Source: Mycobacteriales bacterium (GTDB lineage Bacteria > Actinomycetota > Actinomycetes > Mycobacteriales > SCTD01). From it: DNA of 64,000 nt. The position numbers and the translations under genes are program-made. The stretch spans positions 6,300 through 70,299 of the forward strand of contig JBBDWV010000040.1 in NCBI GenBank assembly GCA_040902655.1, written 5' to 3'. The notes beneath the pieces are model-generated. The model searched no databases. It had not been told where the DNA came from and worked only from the letters and a program-made list of their open reading frames with translations. Position 1 is the stretch's first letter, and the number at the start of each line of letters is the position of its first letter. Of this stretch, positions 23,866 to 32,614 are shown piece after piece.

Positions 23866-24076
23866 CGGGGTGCGGTGGACACCGAACGCGCCGGCCAGGA
23901 TGTCCTGTGCCCGGCCCCTGTGTCACCGACGCCTGCTGCTGACGGTCTGGGTAAAGGCCTGGGCCGGATCATGCGCGTAGGCGTCCAGCACGGGGTCAAG
24001 ACCCAGCAGCGCTGACGTACGACGCCGTAGGTAAGACAGGGTGCGCAGCCAAGAGTCCGAGTGACATGGTGACGGC

Positions 24077-24618
24077 GTGCTGATCGAGATTGCAGCCGAG
24101 GACGACGTCTCCGATCTTGCAGTCCTTCTTGTGGATGCCGTAGCAGGCGGGGCCTGCCTGGGCTTCCTGGCCGGGGTCAGGCTCGAAGAGGCTGAGAACT
24201 TCTGGCGGGAGTCGCTGCGCGATGCCGACACCTGGGTGGCGCGGCTGGCCAAGGCAGGCCCTGCGGTCGGCGTCGTGCAACTGCACCCGGCCAGGTTGCC
24301 GAACGGGCAACACCGGGCGGAGATTGCCAAGTTGATCGTGCATCGTTCGGCGCGCCACGGGGGAGTCGCAAGGCAACTCATGCGCACGGCCGAGCAGGCG
24401 GCATCGTGGCAAGGCAGGTGGCTGGCACGGCCGAGCAGGCGGCATCGTGGCAAGGCAGGTGGCTGCTGCAGCTCGACACTGAGACCGGCAGCCCAGCCGA
24501 GCAGTTGTACGCGCGATCAGGGTGGCAGGTTCTTGGTGTGATCCCGGAACACGCCGTTCGACCGGACGGCGTGCTGGCTCCCATCACACCTCTTGTGCGG
24601 CGGCTCCTCGGCAGTTGA
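24077..24618 (+). pseudogene. GNAT N-acetyltransferase disrupted by a 41-bp tandem duplication (frameshift)
   Basis: Track ORFs 24077..24541 (frame 2) and 24406..24618 (frame 1) both read TAEQAASWQGRWL. Removing one 41-nt copy restores ...HRSARHGGVARQLMRTAEQAASWQGRWLLQLDTETGSPAEQLYARSGWQVLGVIP..., a normal GNAT C-terminal half. Confidence 0.8.
24384..24465 (+). repeat. perfect 41-bp tandem duplication (2 copies)
   Basis: GCACGGCCGAGCAGGCGGCATCGTGGCAAGGCAGGTGGCTG at 24384-24424 repeats exactly at 24425-24465. Flanking bases differ, so the unit boundaries are exact. Confidence 0.95.
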
Positions 24619-24687
24619 TCTTCTGGATGCTGGATTCGCAGCAGACGCGCCGGCGTGTCCGCTGCCGATCCAGCAACCAAAAGATCA
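24608..24687 (+). repeat. about 80-bp imperfect-palindrome repeat element, copy A (REP/MITE-like or hairpin terminator)
   Basis: The first 58 nt are identical to 38550-38607 (TCGGCAGTTGATCTTCTGGATGCTGGATTCGCAGCAGACGCGCCGGCGTGTCCGCTGC), and the next 22 nt are near-identical. The arms TTGATCTTCTGGATGCTGGATTCGCAGCAGACGCGCC and GGCGTGTCCGCTGC.GATCCAGCA.CC..AAGATCA are mostly complementary. The element supplies the last codons and stop (GS*) of the GNAT reading frame. Confidence 0.85.
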
Positions 24688-24975
24688 CCAGGCGTGAAGA
24701 TCTTGGTCGGGCCCCACGGTACTGGCTCTGCGGCGCCGCAGGAGTAGTCCCGTCGGCCGAGCCTCATGCGCGGGACACCGCTGACGGACTGTTGCTTGCG
24801 GACGAAGCCCATCGGCTGACCCCTACTCTGGCCGCATGTCCAGCCCTGCGGTCGGCAGCGCGCCCCAAGAATTGTCGAGGGTTTGTCAGCCATTCGCCGT
24901 TCCTGTGGGTTCTTCTGGGTTCCCGACACTCACGCTGTCGCCCGCTCTGACCTGCATCTACAGGAGATGCGGCTC

Positions 24976-26091
24976 ATGCGTGTAGGCATCCCCCGCGAGA
25001 TGAAGGACCACGAGTACCGCGTCGCGATCACCCCGGCCGGGGTGCAGGAACTCGTTGCCCACGGCCACACCGTGCAGGTCGAGAAGGACGCCGGCGTCGG
25101 ATCCTCTATCCCGGACCAGGAGTACATCGCCGCCGGTGCCGTCATCATCGGCTCCGCCGACGACCTGTGGGCCGAGGCCGAGCTGGTGCTCAAGGTCAAG
25201 GAGCCGGTGCCTGAGGAGTATCCCCGTATGCGCCGCGGCCAGGTGCTGTTCACCTACCTGCACCTGGCCGCCTCCCGAGCGTGCACGGATGCCCTGCTGG
25301 CGGCCGGGACGACCGCCGTGGCGTACGAGACGGTGCAGCTGCCGGACCGCTCGCTGCCGCTGCTCGCGCCGATGTCGGAGGTCGCCGGCCGGATGGCGCC
25401 GCAGGCCGGCGCGCACTTCCTGGAGCGCGCCGCCGGCGGCCGGGGAGTCCTGCTGGGCGGCGTCTCGGGGGTCCACGCCGGCCGGGTGGTCGTCCTCGGG
25501 GCCGGCGTCTCGGGTCGCAACGCCGCCACCATCGCGCTCGGCATGCAGGCCGAGGTCCTGCTGCTCGACAGGAACGTCGCCCCGCTGCGGGAGGTCGACC
25601 GGATCTACCACGGCCACCTGCAGACCGTCACCTCCAACACCTTCGAGGTGGAGCGGGCCGTGCTCGCCGCCGACCTGGTGATCGGTGCCGTGCTCGTGCC
25701 GGGCGCCAAGGCACCCACGCTGGTATCCGATGAGTTGGTCGCCGCGATGAAGCCCGGCGCGGTGCTCGTCGACATCGCGGTCGACCAGGGCGGCTGCTTC
25801 GCGTCGAGCCGGCCGACCACGCACTCCGACCCGGTCTTCGAGGTCCACGGGTGCCTGTTCTACTGCGTCGCGAACATGCCCGGCGCCGTACCCAACACCT
25901 CCACGTACGCGCTGGCGAACGTCACGCTGCCGTACGCGGTGGAGATCGCCGACCGGGGGCTCGCCGCCGCGGTGCGCGCCGACCCCGCGCTGGCCCTCGG
26001 CGTGAACACCGTCGGCGGCTCGGTGGTTCACCCCGCCGTCGGGGCGGCGCACGGGCTGCCGGTCGCCGAGCTGTCCGAGGTGCTGCGCTGA
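24976..26091 (+). CDS. ald: alanine dehydrogenase
   Basis: [37 protein letters not shown] (NAD fold) and [13 protein letters not shown] 24976 lies 9 nt after AGGAG. Confidence 0.95.
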   Translation: MRVGIPREMKDHEYRVAITPAGVQELVAHGHTVQVEKDAGVGSSIPDQEYIAAGAVIIGSADDLWAEAELVLKVKEPVPEEYPRMRRGQVLFTYLHLAASRACTDALLAAGTTAVAYETVQLPDRSLPLLAPMSEVAGRMAPQAGAHFLERAAGGRGVLLGGVSGVHAGRVVVLGAGVSGRNAATIALGMQAEVLLLDRNVAPLREVDRIYHGHLQTVTSNTFEVERAVLAADLVIGAVLVPGAKAPTLVSDELVAAMKPGAVLVDIAVDQGGCFASSRPTTHSDPVFEVHGCLFYCVANMPGAVPNTSTYALANVTLPYAVEIADRGLAAAVRADPALALGVNTVGGSVVHPAVGAAHGLPVAELSEVLR

Positions 26092-27029
26092 GCGTCCGCA
26101 CCCCCCTCGAACCCCCCGCCGGCCGTGCTGTCGAGGTCTACCTCGACCACCTCGCCGTCGAACGCGGGCTGGCGGCGAACACGCTGGCGTCCTACCGGCG
26201 CGACCTGACCCGCTGGGTCGGCTGGTTGGGCGCCACGGGCAGGGGCCGGCTGAGCGAGGTGACGGAGGCCGACGTGGCGGAGTTCCTCGCCTCGCTGCGT
26301 GCAGGCGACGCGGAGCACCCGGCGCTGTCGGCGTCCTCGGCCGGGCGGGCCGTCGTCGCCGTGCGCGGGCTGCACCGCTTCGCGCTCCGCGAGGGCTGGA
26401 CCGACGTCGATGTCGCCCGCGAGGTCCGCCCGCCGGTTCCGGCGCGGCGGCTGCCCAAGGCGATCAGCGTGATCCAAGTGGAGGCGCTGCTCGCCGCACC
26501 GGACGCGAACACGCCGCTCGGGCTGCGCGATCGCGCGCTGTTGGAGTTGCTGTACGGGACGGGTGCCCGCATCTCCGAGGCGGTCGGGCTCGACGTCGAC
26601 GACCTCGATCGGCACGTCGGGCTGGTGCGGCTGTCCGGCAAGGGCGGCAGGCAGCGGGTCGTGCCGTACGGCAGCTGTGCCGGGAGGGCGGTGGAGGCCT
26701 ACCTGGTGCGGGCGCGGCCGGGGCTGTCGGCGGCCGGGGCCGGGACGTCGGCGCTGTTCCTCAACGCCCGTGGCGGCCGGCTGTCGCGGCAGAGCGCGTG
26801 GACGGTGTTGCGGGCCGCCGCCGTCCGGGCGGGGGTGCCGGGCGAGGTCTCGCCGCACACCCTGCGGCACTGCTTCGCCACCCACCTGCTGGACGGCGGC
26901 GCCGACGTCCGGGTCGTCCAGGAGCTGCTCGGGCACGCCTCCGTCACGACAACGCAGGTGTACACCCTGGTGACGGTCGACCGGCTGCGCGAGGTCTACG
27001 CCACGGCGCACCCCCGGGCCCGTTCCTGA
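26088..27029 (+). CDS. xerD: site-specific tyrosine recombinase XerD
   Basis: [24 protein letters not shown]. Catalytic residues appear in ARISE (R), [12 protein letters not shown] (H-x-x-R...H) and TTQVYT (Y). No ATG/GTG/TTG lies in frame near the expected N-terminus. The only candidate is CTG at 26088, overlapping the ald stop; otherwise the start is far upstream inside ald. Start is unresolved. Confidence 0.88.
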   Translation: MSVRTPLEPPAGRAVEVYLDHLAVERGLAANTLASYRRDLTRWVGWLGATGRGRLSEVTEADVAEFLASLRAGDAEHPALSASSAGRAVVAVRGLHRFALREGWTDVDVAREVRPPVPARRLPKAISVIQVEALLAAPDANTPLGLRDRALLELLYGTGARISEAVGLDVDDLDRHVGLVRLSGKGGRQRVVPYGSCAGRAVEAYLVRARPGLSAAGAGTSALFLNARGGRLSRQSAWTVLRAAAVRAGVPGEVSPHTLRHCFATHLLDGGADVRVVQELLGHASVTTTQVYTLVTVDRLREVYATAHPRARS

Positions 27030-27155
27030 GATAGCTGGCCCCGAGCGCGTTGATCCGTAGGGCCCGCTCCCCGTAGAGTCCCGCCCGACACCGTGCCGGT
27101 CTGCGCCGACGTGAGTTGTCGCGCCCACTGCCTCGGCGACGCGATCTGGAGACCC

Positions 27156-28271
27156 ATGCCCAAGTCGACTTCCGGCGGCCGCCCAAGCGGCCGGGCACCG
27201 CGAGCGGCGTCGGCGCGCACGGTGGCGGCCCCCGGGAAGAAGACAGCGCCCGCGCAGAAGACAGCGCCGGCGCAGAAGGCGACGCCGGCGAAGGCGACGC
27301 CGGCGAAGGCAGCAGCCACGAAGAAGGCAGCGCGGCCGGCACGGGATCTGTCCAGCGCTGCCGAGGCCGCCAAGACGGTGGCCGGGGCGAAGCCGTCCCA
27401 CGACGGCACCATTCCGGCGAGCGAGGCCCGTGCGCGCGCTGCCGGCGTGGGCCCCACCGGCCGCAGGAAGCCCGTCTTCGCCGACCCGAAGCCGCTCAGG
27501 AAGCACGGTCCGGCGCGCATCCTGGCGATGTGCAACCAGAAAGGTGGGGTCGGCAAGACCACGAGCACCATCAACCTGGGTGCCGCGCTGAGCGAGCTCG
27601 GTCGCCGCGTCCTGCTCGTCGACTTCGACCCACAGGGAGCGCTGTCGGTGGGCCTCGGCGTCAACCCGCTCGCGCTCGAGCAGACCGTCTACAACCTGCT
27701 CATGCAGCCCGGCGTCGCCGCCGACGACGTGCTGCTCAAGACCGGCGTGCCCGGCCTGGACCTGCTGCCCAGCAACATCGACCTGTCCGCCGCCGAGGTG
27801 CAGCTGGTCAACGAGGTCGCCCGCGAGCAGACGCTGGCCCGCGCACTCGGGCCGATCGTGGACGACTACGACGTCATCCTGATCGACTGCCAACCCTCGC
27901 TGGGCCTGCTGACGGTCAATGCGTTGACCGCTGCGCACGGCGTCATCATCCCGTCGGAGTGCGAGTTCTTCGCGCTGCGCGGCGTCGCGCTGCTCATCCA
28001 GACGATCGAGAAGATCCGCGAGCGGCTCAACCCCGAGCTCGAGCTCGAGGGCATCCTTGCCACGATGTACGACTCGCGGACCCTGCACGGTCGCGAGGTG
28101 CTGGCCCGCATCGTCGAGGCCTTCGGTGACCGGGTCTTCCACACCGTCATCAATCGCACCGTGCGCTTCCCCGAGACCACGGTCGCCGGCGAACCGATCA
28201 CGACGTACGCCTCGGAGTCCGCGGGTGCGACGGCCTACCGGGAGCTGGCCAAGGAGCTGCTCGCGCGATGA
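27156..28271 (+). CDS. parA: ParA/Soj-family partition ATPase with Lys/Ala/Pro-rich N-terminal extension
   Basis: Deviant Walker A NQKGGVGKTTSTINLG, then LLVDFDPQG. The N-terminal ~110 aa is low complexity (KKTAPAQKTAPAQKATPAKATPAKAAATKK). Confidence 0.9.
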   Translation: MPKSTSGGRPSGRAPRAASARTVAAPGKKTAPAQKTAPAQKATPAKATPAKAAATKKAARPARDLSSAAEAAKTVAGAKPSHDGTIPASEARARAAGVGPTGRRKPVFADPKPLRKHGPARILAMCNQKGGVGKTTSTINLGAALSELGRRVLLVDFDPQGALSVGLGVNPLALEQTVYNLLMQPGVAADDVLLKTGVPGLDLLPSNIDLSAAEVQLVNEVAREQTLARALGPIVDDYDVILIDCQPSLGLLTVNALTAAHGVIIPSECEFFALRGVALLIQTIEKIRERLNPELELEGILATMYDSRTLHGREVLARIVEAFGDRVFHTVINRTVRFPETTVAGEPITTYASESAGATAYRELAKELLAR

Positions 28272-28289
28272 CCGCCCGAGAGCGCTGAC

Positions 28290-28973
28290 GTGCTGTATGC
28301 CCTGGGCAGCCCCGGCTCGCTGGCCCTGTTGCTGGTGTCCTTCGTCGTCGCGGTGACCCTGCACGGCTGGGTCCAGTCCGTCGTGGCCGCCCGCGCCGGC
28401 GACCGGACACCGGCGGTCGAGGGGCGCACGGCGCCGGACCCCCGCCGGCAGCTGGACCCGTTCGGTGCCGTGTCCGCGGCCATCGTCGGGATCGGCTGGT
28501 CCAAGCAGGTCGAGCCGCCGGACCACCGCCAGCGGAACTCCATGATCCGGGTGCTGTTGAGCGGCGCCGCTGCGAACCTGGTCGTCGGGACGGCCGCACT
28601 GGCTGCGCTGCGACTGGTCTCCACCGATGCCGGCGGCGTCGTCGCGCTGGTGGGGCCCAGCCGGCTGCTCCAGTCCGGGATCGGCGGCGACCTCGTGCCG
28701 CGGGTGCTGCTGCTGTTCGGCCTGGCCAACCTGATGACGGGGCTGCTCAGCCTGGTCCCGATCCCGCCGCTGCCCGGCGGGCGGCTGCTGTTCGGGCTCG
28801 CGCCGCGCTCGGCCGGCTGGCAGAAGGCTGAGCATCACCTGGTCGAGCGCAACATCGGTGTCGCCATCCTGCTGGCGCTGCTGCTCATCCCGCTCGGCGG
28901 ACCGCAGCCGCTGCTGCCGACGCTGCTCGACATCCTCGCGGGGCCGTTCGTCCGCCTCGTCACGGGTGGCTAG
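28290..28973 (+). CDS. site-2 protease (M50B)-like membrane protein with degenerate HExxH
   Basis: VTLHGWVQSVVAARAGDRTP...RQLDPFGAV aligns by eye to M50B hHExgHalvArrlGD....grl.lnPl.HlDpfG. The Glu and the second His are replaced (HGWVQ). 5-6 TM helices. Confidence 0.55.
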   Translation: MLYALGSPGSLALLLVSFVVAVTLHGWVQSVVAARAGDRTPAVEGRTAPDPRRQLDPFGAVSAAIVGIGWSKQVEPPDHRQRNSMIRVLLSGAAANLVVGTAALAALRLVSTDAGGVVALVGPSRLLQSGIGGDLVPRVLLLFGLANLMTGLLSLVPIPPLPGGRLLFGLAPRSAGWQKAEHHLVERNIGVAILLALLLIPLGGPQPLLPTLLDILAGPFVRLVTGG

Positions 28974-28980
28974 CAGGCTG

Positions 28981-29754
28981 GTGGACGAGGCGCCGATCCC
29001 CGTCTTCAGCGTCCACCTCGAGCAGTACGAGGGGCCGTTCGACCTGCTCCTGGGGCTCATCGCCAAGCACCAGCTCGACGTCACGACGCTGGCGCTGTCA
29101 CAGGTGACGGACGAGTTCCTCGCCCACATCCGGGCCCTCGGCAGCTCCTGGGACCTCGGGCAGGCCACCGACTTCCTCGTCGTCGCGGCGACGCTGCTCG
29201 ACCTCAAGACCGCGCGGCTGCTCCCGTCGGCGGCCGTCGAGGACGAGGAGGACCTGGCGCTGCTCGAAGCGCGCGACCTGCTCTTCGCCCGCCTGCTGCA
29301 GTACCGCGCCTACAAGCAGGCGGCCGCGCAGCTGGCGCAGCTGCTGGCGGGGGAGTCGCGCCGCTACCCACGGTCGGTGTCGCTGGAGCCGCGCTTCGCC
29401 GGCCTGCTGCCCCAGGTGCTGCTCGGCCTGGGCCCCGAGCAGTTCGCCGCGCTGGCCGCCCGGGCGCTCGCGCCGCGGCCGGAGCCCGAGGTGGCCGTCG
29501 ACCACGCGCACGGCGGGACGGTCAGCGTCCCGGAGCAGACCGCGCTGCTGCGCGAGCGGTTGCGCCGCGCCGGCAGCGGGTCGTTCCGGTCACTGACCGC
29601 CGACTGTGCGGGGACGCTGGAGGTGGTCGCCCGCTTCCTCGGCCTGCTCGAGTTGTACCGCGAGGGGCTCGTCAGCTTCGAGCAGGTCGAGGCGCTGGGA
29701 GACCTGCACGTGCGCTGGACCGGCGAGCCCGTGCCGGAGGAGGAGAGCCGATGA
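28981..29754 (+). CDS. scpA: segregation and condensation protein A
   Basis: FSVHLEQYEGPFDLLLGLIAKHQLDVTTLALSQVTDEFLAHI is the canonical ScpA opening. Start is GTG 28981, with an alternative at 28966. Confidence 0.88.
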   Translation: MDEAPIPVFSVHLEQYEGPFDLLLGLIAKHQLDVTTLALSQVTDEFLAHIRALGSSWDLGQATDFLVVAATLLDLKTARLLPSAAVEDEEDLALLEARDLLFARLLQYRAYKQAAAQLAQLLAGESRRYPRSVSLEPRFAGLLPQVLLGLGPEQFAALAARALAPRPEPEVAVDHAHGGTVSVPEQTALLRERLRRAGSGSFRSLTADCAGTLEVVARFLGLLELYREGLVSFEQVEALGDLHVRWTGEPVPEEESR

Positions 29755-30329
29755 CCGAGCACGTGAGCCAGCCGTACCCGCAGCCGGTGGAGCTGCCGGC
29801 CGTCCTCGAGGCGGTGCTGCTCGTCACTGACGAGCCGGTGCCGGCGACCACCCTCGCGCAGGTCGCCGAGCGGCCCACCGTCGAGGTCGAGCGGGTGCTG
29901 CAGGCGCTGGCGCAGCAGTATGCCGATGCCGGCAGAGGTTTCGAGCTGCGTCTGGTCGCCGGCGGCTGGCGGCTCTACACCCGCGCGGACTGCGCCCCGT
30001 ACGTCGAACGGTTCGTCCTGGACGGACAGCAGGCCCGCCTGACGCAGGCGGCGCTGGAGACGCTCGCCGTCATCGCCTACCGTCAGCCGGTGACCCGCGC
30101 GCGGGTCAGCGCGGTGCGCGGCGTCAACGTCGACGGCGTCGTACGGACCCTGCTCGCCCGTGGGCTGATCGCCGACGCGGGCCAGGACCCGGACAGCGCC
30201 GGAACGCTGTACCGCACGACGCCGCTGCTCCTGGAGCGGCTCGGCCTGCAGTCGCTCGACGAGCTGCCCGCGCTCGCGCCGCTCCTGCCCGAGCTCTCCG
30301 AGCTCGACGAGGCATCCAGCCCCCCGTGA
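29751..30329 (+). CDS. scpB: segregation and condensation protein B
   Basis: LEAVLLVTDEPV...LAQV and AALETLAVIAYRQPVTRARVSAVRGVNVDGVVRTLLARGLI. ATGA overlap with scpA. Confidence 0.88.
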   Translation: MTEHVSQPYPQPVELPAVLEAVLLVTDEPVPATTLAQVAERPTVEVERVLQALAQQYADAGRGFELRLVAGGWRLYTRADCAPYVERFVLDGQQARLTQAALETLAVIAYRQPVTRARVSAVRGVNVDGVVRTLLARGLIADAGQDPDSAGTLYRTTPLLLERLGLQSLDELPALAPLLPELSELDEASSPP

Positions 30330-30336
30330 GGATCCC

Positions 30337-31083
30337 ATGACCGACTCCGACGGCACCGCCGACGGCATCCGCCTGCAGAAGGTGATGGCGGCCGCCGGCG
30401 TCGGCTCCCGCCGCGCCTGCGAGGCCCTGATCGAGGCCGGCCGGGTGTCGGTGAACGACGAGGTCGTGCTCGGGCAGGGCCGCCGGGTCGACCCGCTCAC
30501 CGACGTGATCCGGGTCGACACGATGCGCATCAACACCGCTCCGGGCAACGTCTACCTGGCGCTGAACAAGCCGCGTGGCTACGTCACCGCCATGACCGAT
30601 CCCGAGGGTCGGCCCACCGTCGGTGACCTGGTGGCCGACCGGGTCGAGCGGCTGTTCCACGTCGGCCGGTTGGACGCCGACACCGAAGGCCTGCTGCTGC
30701 TGACCAACGACGGCGAGCTGGCCCACCGTCTCTCGCACCCGTCGTACGAGGTGCCGAAGACCTACCTGGCAGAGGTGCTCGGACCGATGGAGAAGGGGGT
30801 GGGTAGGCGGCTGCGTGAGGGCGTCGAACTCGACGACGGGATCGTGCGCTTCGACGCGTTCCGCATCGTCGACTCGACCTCGAATCGGCTGCTGCTCGAG
30901 GTGGTGCTGCACGAGGGGCGCAAGCACATCGTGCGCCGCGCGCTGGCCGAGGTCGGTCACCCGGTGCAGCAGCTGGTCCGGACGGCGGTCGGCCCGGTGC
31001 AGCTGGGGGCGCAGAAGCCGGGTCGGATCCGGGCGCTGAGCCGCGAGGAGCTGGCCGGCCTGTTCAGTCTGGTGGGCATGTAG
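30337..31083 (+). CDS. rluB: rRNA pseudouridine synthase (RluB/RsuA family)
   Basis: S4 domain IRLQKVMAAAGVGSRRACEALIEAGRVSVN. Catalytic motif HVGRLDADTEGLLLLTNDGELAHRL. Confidence 0.88.
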   Translation: MTDSDGTADGIRLQKVMAAAGVGSRRACEALIEAGRVSVNDEVVLGQGRRVDPLTDVIRVDTMRINTAPGNVYLALNKPRGYVTAMTDPEGRPTVGDLVADRVERLFHVGRLDADTEGLLLLTNDGELAHRLSHPSYEVPKTYLAEVLGPMEKGVGRRLREGVELDDGIVRFDAFRIVDSTSNRLLLEVVLHEGRKHIVRRALAEVGHPVQQLVRTAVGPVQLGAQKPGRIRALSREELAGLFSLVGM

Positions 31084-31111
31084 GGCAACATCGGCTGGCT
31101 AGGGTGTCCGT

Positions 31112-31474
31112 ATGGCGGTGCGGGCGGTGCGCGGGGCGACGCAGGTGGAGGCGGACGACCGCCAACAGATCCTGGACGCGACGACCGAGCTGCTCCAGGA
31201 GGTTCTCGCGCGCAACGCCCTGTCGCCCGACGATCTGATCAGCGTGGTCTTCACCGCGACACCGGACCTGACCGCGGAGTTCCCGGCCTACGCCGCCCGG
31301 CAGATGGGTCTGGTGGACGTCCCGCTGCTGTGCACCGGCGAGATCGCCGTCCCGGGCGCGATGCCACGGGTGCTGCGCCTGCTCGCCCACGTCGAGACGG
31401 ACCGGCCGCGTGCCGAGGTCCGGCACGTCTACCTGCGGGGCGCCGCCACCCTGCGGACGGACCTGCCGCGGTGA
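31112..31474 (+). CDS. aroH: chorismate mutase, AroH class
   Basis: 120 aa. VRAVRGATQVEADD...ISVVFTATPDLTAEFPA matches the AroH signature (iRGAtt...sv.ft.T.Dl.a.FPA). Confidence 0.8.
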   Translation: MAVRAVRGATQVEADDRQQILDATTELLQEVLARNALSPDDLISVVFTATPDLTAEFPAYAARQMGLVDVPLLCTGEIAVPGAMPRVLRLLAHVETDRPRAEVRHVYLRGAATLRTDLPR

Positions 31475-31477
31475 CCT

Positions 31478-32572
31478 GTGCCCGCTGACCTGCTCGTCGT
31501 CGGCACCGGTCTGATCGGCACCTCCGTCGGGCTGGCGCTGCGCGGACAGGCCGACGTGCTGCTGAGCGACCCCGACGCCGCGGCCGTCGACGTCGCGACC
31601 GACCGCGGCGCCGGCCGACGCTGGGACGGCCGCGAGAGCTTCTCGCACTGCCTGGTGGCCTGTCCGCCGGGAGCCGTGGCCTCGGTCGTGGCGGGCCTTG
31701 CCGGCGCGGCGACGGTGAGCCACGTGGCCTCGGTCCAGCGGGCGGTGCAGGACGACCTGCGCGCTGCCGGTGTCGACCTGACGCGCGTCTGCGGCAGCCA
31801 CCCGATGGCCGGCAAGGAGCAGTCCGGGCCCCAGGCCGCCTCCGCCGAGCTGTTCGTCGGCCGCCCGTGGGTGCTGTGTCCGGACGAGGCGACCTCGGCG
31901 GCGGCGCTGACGACGACCCGACAGCTCGCCGAACAGTGCGGCGCCGAGCCGCTGGTCATGCCCGCCGAGCAGCACGATGCCGCCGTCGCGCTGGTCAGCC
32001 ACCTCCCGCAGGTCGCCGCCTCCGCGGTCGCTGCCGTCCTGGCCCGCGCGGGCAGCGGCCTCGAGCTGGCCGGCCCCGGGCTGCAGGACACCACCCGCAT
32101 CGCCGCCAGCGACCCGCGGCTGTGGATCGACGTGCTGCGCCAGAACGCCTCGGCGGTCGCCCCGCTGGTCCGGCTGCTGGCCGACGAGATCGATGCCGCC
32201 GCGAGGGCGCTGGACCGACTGGCCGCCGACTCCGACGCCGACTCCGACTCCGACTCCGGCCCGGACCCTGACGCCGCGGTCGTCGAGGACCTGCTCCGGC
32301 GCGGCAACGCCGGCCGCGCCCTCGTGCCCCGCAAGCGCGGCGAGCACGACCGGGACTTCGTGCCGGTCTGCGTCGTCGTGCCCGACAGCCCCGGCGAGCT
32401 GGCCGGTGTCCTGGTCAGCGCTGCCCTGGCCGGGATCAACGTCGAGGACGTACGGGTGGAGCACCTGCCCGGTCGGCCCACCGGTGTCATCGAGCTGCTG
32501 GTCCTGCTGTCCGAGCAGACGGACGCCCGGCGGGCCCTGACGGCCGCCGGCTGGAAGGTGGCCGGCGGCTGA
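31478..32572 (+). CDS. tyrA: prephenate dehydrogenase
   Basis: N-terminal LLVVGTGLIGTSVGLAL, then GSHPMAGKEQSG and VSHLPQVAASA. C-terminal ACT-like region. Confidence 0.82.
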   Translation: MPADLLVVGTGLIGTSVGLALRGQADVLLSDPDAAAVDVATDRGAGRRWDGRESFSHCLVACPPGAVASVVAGLAGAATVSHVASVQRAVQDDLRAAGVDLTRVCGSHPMAGKEQSGPQAASAELFVGRPWVLCPDEATSAAALTTTRQLAEQCGAEPLVMPAEQHDAAVALVSHLPQVAASAVAAVLARAGSGLELAGPGLQDTTRIAASDPRLWIDVLRQNASAVAPLVRLLADEIDAAARALDRLAADSDADSDSDSGPDPDAAVVEDLLRRGNAGRALVPRKRGEHDRDFVPVCVVVPDSPGELAGVLVSAALAGINVEDVRVEHLPGRPTGVIELLVLLSEQTDARRALTAAGWKVAGG

Positions 32573-32614
32573 GCCGCAACTAGGCTGGCGGCCCCCCTCG
32601 ACCTCAGGAGCACC

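Noticed and set aside
23923-24060. Minus-strand tail ...ALLGLDPVLDAYAHDPAQAFTQTV looked like a gene remnant between tctA and the GNAT gene
   Set aside because: Only about 45 codons look protein-like, there is no recognisable family, and the upstream part of that ORF is antisense to the GNAT gene. The evidence is insufficient to call a pseudogene.
14681-24465. Short tandem repeats (17-bp x2 at 14681, 41-bp x2 at 24384) considered as CRISPR-like arrays
   Set aside because: The repeats are directly adjacent with no spacers, there are only two units each, and no cas genes are present. They are simple tandem duplications.
24608-24687. The palindromic element as an integron attC site (imperfect hairpin right after an ORF stop)
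   Set aside because: The terminal heptamers GTTGATC/GATCAAC do not satisfy GTTRRRY/RYYYAAC. They are also in the reverse order relative to the upstream ORF. No intI, attI or cassette array is present.
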